DNA of 64,000 nucleotides from an uncultured Clostridiaceae bacterium (GTDB lineage Bacteria; Bacillota; Clostridia; Saccharofermentanales; UBA5734): NCBI GenBank assembly GCA_942493365.1, contig OW818697.1, positions 1,122,634 to 1,186,633 of the forward strand, read 5' to 3'. Shown piece by piece: positions 48,701 to 56,910 of this stretch (position 1 is its first letter; each line of letters starts with the position of its first letter). The notes under the pieces were generated by a model. It saw only the letters and a program-made list of their open reading frames with translations, ran no database searches and was not told where the DNA came from. The position numbers and the translations under genes were made by a program.

Positions 48701-49089
48701 TGCTCGTCCTGATCTTATCGGCCGGCGCGTTGGCCTTTGTTGTGCTCTACAACCTGACCAACATCAACATCACCGAGCGCATCCGCGAGATCGCCACCAT
48801 CAAAGTGCTGGGATTCCGCGACCGCGAGGTGTCGGCCTATGTTTACCGCGAAAACATGATCCTGACCTTCATCGGCACGGCGGCCGGGCTGGTGCTGGGC
48901 TTTTTCATGCACAAGTTTGTCATGGGCACCATGGAAATCGACACCATGATGTTCGGCAAAGATGTCAACTGGACCAGCTACATTTTTTCGGTTGTCCTGA
49001 CGGTGTCCTTTTCGGTCATCGTCAACATCTTCATGTATTACCATTTGCGTAAAATCAACATGGTCGAGTCCCTGAAATCGATCGAGTAG
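45715..49089 (+). CDS. FtsX/MacB-family ABC permease with two FtsX domains and a long coiled-coil extracytoplasmic domain
   Basis: About 1124 aa. TM1, then about 550 aa extracellular including a roughly 300-aa Ala/Gln/Leu/Asp-rich coiled-coil, then 3 TM. A second extracellular domain and 3 TM follow. Start at ATG 45715 (TAATG overlap) or 45709. Confidence 0.85.
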   Translation: MNQKSFRKDLFRSIFKSKARFLSIMAIIAMGVGFFAGIKATEPDMILSADQYYQQHNLSDFHIISPLGFRDEDIAAVQAIDGIEQVQTGYAKDYFTTTTTGTEYTTRFFSYDRNDAGQTMINQPALIDGRLPEKSGEIVIEQGKLITEKIPLGSRITVSLPADEQVGDTLKTAVFTVVGHADSPLYISFERGQSNIGDGSINLFAYIIETDFTMEKITDLYIRTTESSQLMAYSDAYAASIQPIQDVLDTLGEQTIALQTQDLRTELDDNKTELQDSKTTAETELADGAQKLADAAQAIRDGEQELLDQDALYNQQLADQRALLDQGLAGVAQGNAQYAVNLALWQQGVADYEDGVIQSDAAKVALDQSLIQLGQLQGAIDGLTALRATLPADSLVMTDTELALFIANVDVFAPDLADVLTLTCHADDPALLATLTGTIGPAIAQMAADKALGQAAYDAGMTQYQVGEVQLAAAKAELDASELQLDQARIQLDQSAIDLAAGEAALTQGEKVLRHKLADARRKLADAKVELADGQAEYEMQKADALKEIADAEVKIQDAELALLEIPDHWFVLNRDSNPGYAGYGDDANRIGAVAQVFPLFFFLVAALVCLTTMTRMVEEERTQIGTLKALGYGTLTISSKYLVYSLLASVSGSVIGLLVGFQLFPGVIMKTYAMMYRIPVQLTPFNLEFATIAVLIAVVTTTAAALLATLQELRAVPAVLMQVKAPKPGKRIFLERIKPIWKRLTFTHKVTARNIFRYKARLLMTVIGIAGCTSLLLTGFGLRDSVNAIMEKQFSEIFVYDGLIALDTDKTTSGSDLAAILEQPEVTATMDAHNETVTAVATGGREYEINLLVPDASANLTEFYDLHNRLTKARITLPAEGAVVTEKLTELLGIGVGDLITFRDADNRTYQVKVASIAENYLTHYIYLSPAAFTAATLRTPQANTVVFNLADPTALDSKAFKEDLLSNEQVLVVMLTQNLATDFNKMISSLNYVVLVLILSAGALAFVVLYNLTNINITERIREIATIKVLGFRDREVSAYVYRENMILTFIGTAAGLVLGFFMHKFVMGTMEIDTMMFGKDVNWTSYIFSVVLTVSFSVIVNIFMYYHLRKINMVESLKSIE

Positions 49090-49097
49090 GAGGGCGT

Positions 49098-49673
49098 ATG
49101 CGAATCAGCAAAAACCCCGAAGTCCGTCGCCAGGAAATCATCGACATGGCCCGCGATCTTTTTGCAGCGCAGGGGGTCGGCAAGACCTCAATGACCGAAA
49201 TCGCGCAGATGGCGGGCATTGCCAAAGGCCTGATCTATTATTATTTTCCCTCCAAAGAAAAATTGGTTGACGCGGTGGTCGAACAGATCGTCATGGGCTT
49301 CGATCAGGCCCTGGACGGCATCGTTCATCAAATCGATCTCGATTTTTTCGGCAAACTGACCGGCATCCTGGCGATCTATTTTGCCATGTTCGAGAACACC
49401 CCGCTCCTGATGCAGCTGACCCCTGCCGATGCCAGTGTGCTGATCCTGCTGCGCGATCGCATGTCAGCATCGGCCTTCGGCCATGCGCGGACGTTGCTGC
49501 AGGCTGGCATCGCGCAAAAGCTGATCACGATTGAATATCCTGAATACACGCTGAAAATGCTGATTACTGGTCTGGGTGATCTCTTTCTTGAGGGCATCCG
49601 CGACCCGCGCATTCACACCACCCTGATCGAACAGGCCATCGGCTTGCCCAAAGGACGGCTGTGTTTCGATTGA
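49098..49673 (+). CDS. TetR/AcrR family transcriptional regulator
   Basis: 191 aa. N-terminal HTH TSMTEIAQMAGIAKGLIYYYFPSKEKL. Confidence 0.85.
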   Translation: MRISKNPEVRRQEIIDMARDLFAAQGVGKTSMTEIAQMAGIAKGLIYYYFPSKEKLVDAVVEQIVMGFDQALDGIVHQIDLDFFGKLTGILAIYFAMFENTPLLMQLTPADASVLILLRDRMSASAFGHARTLLQAGIAQKLITIEYPEYTLKMLITGLGDLFLEGIRDPRIHTTLIEQAIGLPKGRLCFD

Positions 49674-49679
49674 AACCGA

Positions 49680-50312
49680 TCAACGGCCGTTTTTGCCCTT
49701 GAGGTAAAGAATGGCCAATTGGGTGCGGTCGCGCAGGCCCAATTTGTCGAGAATGACGGTCAGGTTGTTGCGTACGGTGCCCTCGCTGACGTGCAGGCGG
49801 GTGGCGATCTCCTTGTTGTTCAGCCCCTCGGCGACCAACTCGATGATTTCAACTTCCTTGCTGCGAATATCAAACCGGGAAAAATCCGGTTCGCCGCCAC
49901 CGGCGATCAGAGACGGAATTTTGGCCATGATGTTTTCGCCGAAAACATTTTGACCAGCCTGAATGGCCTTGAGGGCCGGCACAATGCTCTCGAAATGTTG
50001 TTTGAGGATGTAACCGCGCGCGCCCATGCGCAGGGCTTTGATGATGTAGTCGTCATCGGCAAAAGTGGTCAGAAACAGCACCTGCGCCTGCGCGTGGCGG
50101 GCGAGGATGGTTTCACCGGCATCCAGGCCGCTCATCGGCTGCATGCGGATGTCCATCAGCACGATGTCGGGTAGCAACTGGTCGTAGAGCCGGATCGCCG
50201 CCTGCCCGTCGCTGCCGGTGCCGATGACGGCAAAATCGCTATCGGCCTCGACAATGGTCTTCAAGGAGGACACAACCAGGGGGTCGTCATCGATCAGCAA
50301 AATCTTGATCAT
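49680..50312 (-). CDS. response regulator, NarL/LuxR family
   Basis: Receiver domain (ILLIDDDPLV...VLMDIRMQPMSG) plus LuxR HTH (LNNKEIATRLHVSEGTVRNNL). Confidence 0.9.
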   Translation of the reverse strand: MIKILLIDDDPLVVSSLKTIVEADSDFAVIGTGSDGQAAIRLYDQLLPDIVLMDIRMQPMSGLDAGETILARHAQAQVLFLTTFADDDYIIKALRMGARGYILKQHFESIVPALKAIQAGQNVFGENIMAKIPSLIAGGGEPDFSRFDIRSKEVEIIELVAEGLNNKEIATRLHVSEGTVRNNLTVILDKLGLRDRTQLAILYLKGKNGR

Positions 50313-51406
50313 GCTTGCGCTTGCTCCATTCTGTCTGTTTTGGGGACGGTGATAAAAATGACGAAACCGACGGTGCTGCTGATGTTGAGCAGGCCGCCGA
50401 GGCTGGCGACGCGCTCGGCGATGCTTTTAAGACCAATGCCCTCATCATTTCGCGACAGCTTAGACTTGGCGGCGCCGATGCCGTTGTCGCGGATGATCAG
50501 CTGGTAAAAGCCGGGGTGTTCGCGCAGGACGACGACCGCTGAGGTGGCCTGTGAATGATGGATGATGTTGGCCAGCGCTTCGCGGATGATGGCCAAAAAA
50601 GCGTACTTGGTCTTGATGTCAGGGCTGTGCTCGACATCGAATTCGAGCTTGAGTGGGCAGAAGTCGAAGCCGTCGGTCAGCGCGCGCACCTCGGCGTTGA
50701 GATCAATCGATTGATCGTGCAGATCGTGCAAGCTTGTGCGAATGCTGTCCATGCCCTCGGTCAGGGTGTCTTTAAGGGTGTGTAAGCTCTGCCGCGTCGG
50801 CTCCTCGTGGCTGGAGGCGATCATCGCCCCGGTCACCAGAATCGCCCGTGTCAGCAGGTGGCCGACATTGTCATGAATCTCGCGAGCGATGCGATTGCGC
50901 TCGTTGAGCGTGGCCAGATTGACCTCGTAATCCTGCCGCTCCAGCAGTTCGCGGTTTTTTGACTCCAGCTGCAGCAGCGTTTCGCGGGCTGAGTCCCGCA
51001 CCGAAGCCGACTCCAGCTTGAGACGCTGCAGCGATTGTGAGCGAACCTTCATAAACCACACCAGCAGGATAATCAGCGCAATTTGGATGAACAGATAGGA
51101 CACACTGCTGAGTCCGTAGAAGATCAGCGGGATCAAGGCCAGCGCAGCGGCTGGTGCCGCTCGTTGACCAAATAAATCAAAGCAGAGCAGCGGCAGGAAA
51201 TAGACGAACTGGACATCGACCAGGCTGGCGACAATCATCGTCGCGAGAATACCCACCCGAACCCAGTTGCGGTCGAAGTAAGTATTGAGGGCACTGGCTG
51301 TGATGCTGGCGATGACCGGCACGACAACGTACAGCCCATGAGCGTCGGGAATGTAAAAGGTCAGGCAAACGATGAAGATGATGGTTTTGTCCAGCAGCTG
51401 ACTCAT
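50309..51406 (-). CDS. sensor histidine kinase (HisKA_3 type)
   Basis: Five N-terminal TM segments. H-box REIHDNVGHLL. ATPase domain DNGIG...GIGLKSIAERV. 4-bp overlap with the regulator gene. Confidence 0.85.
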   Translation of the reverse strand: MSQLLDKTIIFIVCLTFYIPDAHGLYVVVPVIASITASALNTYFDRNWVRVGILATMIVASLVDVQFVYFLPLLCFDLFGQRAAPAAALALIPLIFYGLSSVSYLFIQIALIILLVWFMKVRSQSLQRLKLESASVRDSARETLLQLESKNRELLERQDYEVNLATLNERNRIAREIHDNVGHLLTRAILVTGAMIASSHEEPTRQSLHTLKDTLTEGMDSIRTSLHDLHDQSIDLNAEVRALTDGFDFCPLKLEFDVEHSPDIKTKYAFLAIIREALANIIHHSQATSAVVVLREHPGFYQLIIRDNGIGAAKSKLSRNDEGIGLKSIAERVASLGGLLNISSTVGFVIFITVPKTDRMEQAQA

Positions 51407-51448
51407 GGTCGGCCTCCTTCAACTCAGATAATGACAGTTTATCATATT

Positions 51449-51559
51449 CGACGAAAGACGAAAGATGAAAGATGAAAGACGAAAGATGAAAGACGAAAGA
51501 TGAAAGATGAAAGATGGTGGAATGATAATCCTTTCATTTCTCATCCGACTCATCACCAT
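51449..51559 (+). repeat. heptad array + end box + short inverted heptads + ACTCAT box
   Basis: CGACGAA AGACGAA AGATGAA x2 AGACGAA AGATGAA AGACGAA AGATGAA x2 AGATGGT, then GGAATGATAATCC (to 51531), then TTTCATT TCTCATC CGACTCATCACCAT. Confidence 0.9.
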
Positions 51560-51711
51560 TTAGCACAAGCGTTGGCAAGCTCAAATTTTTATCAGAAACA
51601 TCTCAAATTTCGTATTTATCATATAGCCTGAATGTTCTATCTCAAATAAAATACAGAATGCACAGGATATCACAAAGGCGGTACACCTTCTTGATGAGGA
51701 GGTGATGCTTG

Positions 51712-51786
51712 ATGGAATATTTAGTCGCGTTGTACCTGATCATCTTGATCAGTACAGTTCTGCTGAATAGATCAAAAAAGCAATAA
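51712..51786 (+). CDS. 24-aa hydrophobic peptide, hypothetical
   Basis: ATG 51712 with GAGGAGG 9 nt upstream. MEYLVALYLIILISTVLLNRSKKQ, TAA 51784-86. Followed by the hairpin AACCGCCGAG...CTCGACGGTT. Flanked by the 13-bp inverted repeat CACAGGATATCAC (51661-73) / GTGATATCCTGTG (51851-63). Confidence 0.35.
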   Translation: MEYLVALYLIILISTVLLNRSKKQ

Positions 51787-51898
51787 CCGCCGAGTAGCAG
51801 CTCGACGGTTACTTAGGTAAACTAAGAAACTATTCCGGATATCGCTCGACGTGATATCCTGTGTTTATTATAAACCTGCAGTATCAAAAATGCAACAA

Positions 51899-51953
51899 GG
51901 AATGATAATCTTTCACCTTTCACCCTTCACCTTTCATCCGACTCATTACCATG
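51899..51953 (-). repeat. end-box fragment + heptad array (minus orientation) + ACTCAT box
   Basis: GGAATGATAATC, then TTTCACC x2 CTTCACC TTTCATC, then CGACTCATTACCATG. This is a direct-repeat partner of 51519-51559. Confidence 0.85.
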
Positions 51954-52076
51954 ACAAATGTCATGCTGTGTCCCAAAATTCACGCGAAAATCAGGAGGAT
52001 GCTCACTGTTTGTCTGCGCATGGGTTTGGCAGAATAAGGCCATAAGCAATGGATAAGCAAACAAGGAGGACTTCCC

Positions 52077-53009
52077 ATGATCGTGAAAGTGAACAATCTC
52101 GTCAAACGTTACGGCGACCTGATCGCCCTCGACCATTTTAACCTAGAAGTCGAACAGGGTGAAATCTTCGGCCTCTTGGGGCCCAATGGTTCGGGCAAAA
52201 CCACCGCCATCAACTGCATGCTAGCCCTTTTGAAGTTCAGCAAGGGCGAGATCGAGCTGTTTGGCAAGACCATGTCGCCGGAGGCCTACGACCTTAAACG
52301 CGACATCGGCATCGTCATGCAAAACGTCGCCGTTTTCGACGAGCTGACGGTTTACGAGAACATCGATTATTTCTGCGGCCTGTACATCGACGACAAAAAG
52401 ACACGCCGCGGGCTGGTCGAGGAGGCCATCACCTTTGTCGGGCTGGAAGATTTCCGCAAATTCTACCCCAAAAAACTCAGCGGCGGCCTGCTGCGCCGCC
52501 TCAACATCGCCTGCGGCATCGCCCACAAGCCCAAGCTGATCTTCATGGACGAGCCGACCGTCGCCGTTGACCCGCAAAGCCGCAACAGCATCCTCGAGGG
52601 CATCAAGGCCTTGAACCGCGGCGGCGCGACCGTCATCTACACCTCGCATTATATGGAAGAAGTCGAGCAGATTTGCAGCCGCATTGCCATCATGGACAAG
52701 GGCAAAATCGTGGCAGCCGGCACCTGCGATGAGCTCAAGAACAGCATCCGCGCCGGCGAAAAAATCACGGCCGAAATCCTCGGCGCTTACCCCGAGTTGG
52801 CCGAGCAGGTCGCCAGCTTGCCGCATGTTGTGTCGGTCGAATACAACGAGCCGATGCTGGAAATCAAGTCCGAGCACAAATACAACAACATCACCAGCGT
52901 GCTCGAGCTTTTCCGTGACAAGGAAATCGCCTATGGCCGCCTGAACTGCGAATTGCCCACTTTGAACGATGTCTTTCTCGAAATTACCGGCAAGGAATTG
53001 CGCGATTAA
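52077..53009 (+). CDS. ABC transporter ATP-binding protein (ABC-2 type)
   Basis: Walker A GPNGSGKTT, signature LSGGLLRR, Walker B LIFMDEPT. Confidence 0.9.
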   Translation: MIVKVNNLVKRYGDLIALDHFNLEVEQGEIFGLLGPNGSGKTTAINCMLALLKFSKGEIELFGKTMSPEAYDLKRDIGIVMQNVAVFDELTVYENIDYFCGLYIDDKKTRRGLVEEAITFVGLEDFRKFYPKKLSGGLLRRLNIACGIAHKPKLIFMDEPTVAVDPQSRNSILEGIKALNRGGATVIYTSHYMEEVEQICSRIAIMDKGKIVAAGTCDELKNSIRAGEKITAEILGAYPELAEQVASLPHVVSVEYNEPMLEIKSEHKYNNITSVLELFRDKEIAYGRLNCELPTLNDVFLEITGKELRD

Positions 53010-53020
53010 GGAGGTCCGAT

Positions 53021-54157
53021 ATGCTCAAGCGAATCTACATCACCCGCCTGAAATGCTCGATCCGCGATCGGCAAATGATCTTTTGGACGATGCTGTTCCC
53101 GGTCTTGCTGTCGATCCTGTTCGGTATGGCCTTCAGCAATCTGAACGCAATCGACAATTTTCATGCCATCCCGATCGCCGTCGTTGATAATGACGCCTAC
53201 AAGACTGATGCCAATCTGCAGGGCGCGCTGGCATCGGCCAGCGGTCAGTCAGACAGTCTCTTTATCCTGCAAAAGCTAAGCGCTGCGGACGCCGCCGCCG
53301 CGCTCAAGGACAAGTCGATCATTGGCTTCCTCGTACCGGGCGAAACCCTTGAGGTCGTCGTGGCCGAATCCGGCATCAACCAGACTGTGCTGGGCATTTT
53401 TGCCGATGAATACCTGCAGCTGACCGCCACCTTCAAATCGATCGTCATGCTCAACCCAGCGGCGCTGCAAACCCTTGGCGACCGCATCGGACAGCGGATC
53501 GATCTCTTGCAGACGCAAAATCCCGGCGCCGCCAACCCCAACAACACGCTGGTCTACTTTTACGCCCTGATCGCCATGGCGGCCCTCTACGGCGGCTTCT
53601 GGGGCATGAAGGAAGTCAGCGCCGTTCAGGCCAACCAGTCGCCACAGGCGGCGCGCCTCAACCTGGCACCTGTTCACAAACTCAAGGTTTTCGGAGCATC
53701 ATTGCTTGCGGCCTTTACCGTGCATTTTGCCACCATTCTGGTTCTGATCGCTTTTCTCAACGTGGTGATCAAGGTCGATTTCGGCAATCGCATCGGCTAC
53801 GTCCTGATCGCCTGCTTCGCCGGTAGCCTGCTCGGCATCATGCTTGGCGCGCTGGTCGGCGCGTTGGTCAAGGGCGGAGAGGGCATCAAGGTCGCCATTC
53901 TGATCAGCGTCTCGATGTTCTGCTCATTCTTCGCCGGCATGATGAATGTCGAAATCAAGTACATCGTCTCGACCAACGTACCGTTTATGCGCTACATCAA
54001 CCCAGCTAACCTCGTAGCCGACGCCTTTTACTCGCTTTATTACTATGAAGGCTATAGTCGCTTTTTCCTGAACATCGGCCTAATGGCCGCCATGATCGTC
54101 GTATTTTTCCTGGCCGTCTATTTCGTTTTGAGGAGGCAGCGCTATGCAAGTCTTTAA
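53021..54157 (+). CDS. ABC-2 family permease
   Basis: 378 aa. N-terminal TM, extracellular domain, then 5 TM segments. Confidence 0.75.
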   Translation: MLKRIYITRLKCSIRDRQMIFWTMLFPVLLSILFGMAFSNLNAIDNFHAIPIAVVDNDAYKTDANLQGALASASGQSDSLFILQKLSAADAAAALKDKSIIGFLVPGETLEVVVAESGINQTVLGIFADEYLQLTATFKSIVMLNPAALQTLGDRIGQRIDLLQTQNPGAANPNNTLVYFYALIAMAALYGGFWGMKEVSAVQANQSPQAARLNLAPVHKLKVFGASLLAAFTVHFATILVLIAFLNVVIKVDFGNRIGYVLIACFAGSLLGIMLGALVGALVKGGEGIKVAILISVSMFCSFFAGMMNVEIKYIVSTNVPFMRYINPANLVADAFYSLYYYEGYSRFFLNIGLMAAMIVVFFLAVYFVLRRQRYASL

Positions 54158-55301
54158 AGCATACTTTAAAATCATTCGCAAAAATATTGGCAGCATGATG
54201 ATCTATGTTGCGATCTTTCTGGTCTTTGCCGTGATTATGACCCTGTATACCTTTCCGCAGGCGTCGACGATCTTCACGGCAACCAAGATCCGCATCGCCG
54301 TTGTGCAAGAGGATGCCAACAACAGCTTCTCGCAGGACCTGGCCAAATACCTGGCCGAAAGTGCCAGCGTTCAGGCGGTCGCCACCGATCCCGAGAGTCT
54401 GCAGGACGCCTTGTTTTTCCGGCAGGTCGAGTACATCGTGCGTATCCCGGCTGGTTTTGGTGACAGCTTCATGAAGGGCGACTATGCCATTGATCTGATC
54501 AAGAGTACCGTGCCAGACACCACCGGCGGCGTGCAGATGGATCTGATCATCGACCGCTATCTTAACACCGCCGCGCTTTATGTTGACAGCGTGCCCGACA
54601 TCGCAGCGCTTGATCTGGCCAGCCATGTGCGAACTGATCTGGCGGCCAAGGCAGCCGTCACGGTGCAAACAAGCAGTGCCGGCACACCAGTCAACCGGAC
54701 GACGATCTTCTTCACCTACATGGCCTACACGATCATGGCGGTCATGATTCTCGGCGTGACCACGATTATGCTGGCTTTCAACAACCGCGACATCCAAAAA
54801 CGCAACTTCAGCTCGCCGGTCAAAATGCTCAGTTTCAATGCGCAGCTGATCCTTGGCAACCTGGTATTCGCCGTCATCACCTGGGGGATCATGGTCTGCC
54901 TCGCATTAATCACCACAGCCAGTTCCAGCGGTGACGCGCCGATTGGATTGCTGGCCTTGAACGCCCTGGTCTTTACCTTGGCCAGCCTGTCCATCAGCTT
55001 CCTGATCAGCAACTTCATCAAGAGCCGCAACGTCCAACAGGCCATCGCCAATGTCTTTACGCTCGGCAGTTGCTTCATCAGCGGCGTCTTCGTGCCCCAA
55101 TTTCTGCTCAATGATACCGTTCTGCGCATTGCCAGCTTCACCCCAACCTACTGGTATGTCAGCAATGTCACCGAAATCGGCACCGGCGGCAGCGCTCAAC
55201 TGATCGGCACCCAGATGCTGATTCAAGTCGGCTTTGCCGTTGCCGCCCTGGCCGTCTCCCTGGTCGTCGCCAAGCAGAGACGTCAGGGGCAAACAAGTTG
55301 A
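54144..55301 (+). CDS. ABC-2 family permease (second subunit)
   Basis: 385 aa with the same topology as the preceding gene. 14-nt overlap. Confidence 0.75.
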   Translation: MQVFKAYFKIIRKNIGSMMIYVAIFLVFAVIMTLYTFPQASTIFTATKIRIAVVQEDANNSFSQDLAKYLAESASVQAVATDPESLQDALFFRQVEYIVRIPAGFGDSFMKGDYAIDLIKSTVPDTTGGVQMDLIIDRYLNTAALYVDSVPDIAALDLASHVRTDLAAKAAVTVQTSSAGTPVNRTTIFFTYMAYTIMAVMILGVTTIMLAFNNRDIQKRNFSSPVKMLSFNAQLILGNLVFAVITWGIMVCLALITTASSSGDAPIGLLALNALVFTLASLSISFLISNFIKSRNVQQAIANVFTLGSCFISGVFVPQFLLNDTVLRIASFTPTYWYVSNVTEIGTGGSAQLIGTQMLIQVGFAVAALAVSLVVAKQRRQGQTS

Positions 55302-55303
55302 AT

Positions 55304-55326
55304 AAATCGGCTTGCGCCGATTTTTT
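55304..55326 (+). terminator. terminator hairpin (module hairpin)
   Basis: AAATCGGC-ttgc-GCCGATTT followed by TTT, 2 nt after the stop codon. An identical 20-mer recurs at 57038-57057. Confidence 0.85.
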
Positions 55327-55372
55327 CAACTAACAACTAACAACGAACAACGAACAGTTGCGGAAATAATCC
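55327..55372 (+). repeat. heptad array + end box (plus orientation)
   Basis: CAACTAA x2 CAACGAA x2 CAGTTGC, then GGAAATAATCC. Confidence 0.9.
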
Positions 55373-55422
55373 TGATAATTAATCCAAACATGCGGTTTAG
55401 TGTTAGAAATGTTAAATAATAT

Positions 55423-55485
55423 GTGCAGTATAGTGTGAAATATGTCGAAAGAATCACACTAGACTGCACGTATTTGTGTTATACT
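55423..55485 (+). promoter_or_regulatory. imperfect 16-bp inverted repeat overlapping an extended -10 promoter upstream of the AAA ATPase gene
   Basis: GTGCAGTATAGTGTGA (55423-38) and TCACACTAGACTGCAC (55454-69) match at 15/16. TGtTATACT at 55477-85. Confidence 0.4.
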
Positions 55486-55514
55486 AATTTCATCAGTCGC
55501 CAGGAGGTGATCAG

Positions 55515-56816
55515 ATGGATCGAAAAATCGTCAAATATTTGATGGAATGGAAGAACAGTCCTTACCGCAAACCCCTGATATTGCAGGGCGCGCGCCAGGT
55601 TGGCAAGACCTATTCAATACTCGAATTTGGACGCGACCATTTTGAAAATGTCGCCTATCTCAATTTTGAAACAAATCCGATGCTGATCAGGACGTTTGAC
55701 GAAAGTATAGAACCGGCGGACCTGATCCCGTTACTGTCACGTCAGACCAATCAAACAATCATCAAAGAGAAAACCTTGATCGTTTTTGACGAAGTCCAGC
55801 TCTGCAAGCGGGCTTTGACTGCGCTCAAATATTTCTGCGAGCGAGCACCGGGCTATGTCATCATTGCCGCTGGCAGCCTGCTGGGTGTTGCCGTCAATCG
55901 TCAACAATTCTCGTTTCCGGTCGGTAAAGTCGAGATCAAAACATTGTATCCGATGGACTTTGAAGAATTTCTGCTGGCCTGTGGGAAAAAAGATCTTGTT
56001 GCCCGGATCAAAGATTGCTTCGAACATGATACCGCCATGCCCGCCTTGCTTCATGAGGCCGCGCTGAAATACTACCGCCAATTTCTGGTGGTGGGCGGCA
56101 TGCCAGAATGCGTCAGCAAGTTTTTGGCGACTCAGGATTATATTTTGGTGCGCCATACCCAGCAAATGATCTTGGCCAGCTATCGTGACGACATGAGCAA
56201 ATACAATTCGATCAATGAAATCAAAAAAACCAGATTGGTCTATGACAGCATAACCGTTCAACTCGCCAAGAAAAATACCCGCTTTCAGTATAAAATGATC
56301 AAAAGCGGCGGACGCGCATCGGAATTTGAAAATGCCATCGAATGGCTCTCGCTTTCCGGTATCGTCACGCGAATCTATCGGGTGGAACAACCCAAAAAGC
56401 CATTGGAAAACTATCGCGATATTGACTCTTTCAAAACCTATGTGTCGGATGTCGGACTGCTTTGTGCTAAAAAGAACATTGTGGCCGAAGATATCCTCTA
56501 TCTATCCAGCGAGCTTGACGATTTCAAGGGCGGTATGGTCGAAAACTATGTTTGCAGTCAGCTGACCGCCAATGAATACCCCTGCTATTTCTGGATGTCC
56601 GAGCGGGGAGCCGAAGTCGATTTTATCATCCAAAGGGACGGAAAAATTATCCCCATCGAAGTAAAAGCCGCCGACAACACTCGTTCGAAAAGTCTTGGCA
56701 TCTATATTGAAACGTTCAAACCGGAATACGCTGTCAAACTGTCAACCAGAAACTTTGGCTTTGAGGATGGCAAAAAATCGGTTCCGCTCTATGCGGCCTT
56801 TTGCATTTGTGATTGA
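55515..56816 (+). CDS. AAA+ ATPase with DUF4143 domain (COG1373-like)
   Basis: 433 aa. Walker A GARQVGKT, Walker B LIVFDEVQ. The C-terminal region resembles a restriction-endonuclease fold (EVDFIIQRDGKIIPIEVK). Confidence 0.8.
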   Translation: MDRKIVKYLMEWKNSPYRKPLILQGARQVGKTYSILEFGRDHFENVAYLNFETNPMLIRTFDESIEPADLIPLLSRQTNQTIIKEKTLIVFDEVQLCKRALTALKYFCERAPGYVIIAAGSLLGVAVNRQQFSFPVGKVEIKTLYPMDFEEFLLACGKKDLVARIKDCFEHDTAMPALLHEAALKYYRQFLVVGGMPECVSKFLATQDYILVRHTQQMILASYRDDMSKYNSINEIKKTRLVYDSITVQLAKKNTRFQYKMIKSGGRASEFENAIEWLSLSGIVTRIYRVEQPKKPLENYRDIDSFKTYVSDVGLLCAKKNIVAEDILYLSSELDDFKGGMVENYVCSQLTANEYPCYFWMSERGAEVDFIIQRDGKIIPIEVKAADNTRSKSLGIYIETFKPEYAVKLSTRNFGFEDGKKSVPLYAAFCICD

Positions 56817-56910
56817 TAATAATTTGGTTTACTGCACAAAATTCTATACCAAGGATTTTCGGGGAGATACAACAATGATCTCTCGAAACTTAAGGCTTTA
56901 CAATATTACA

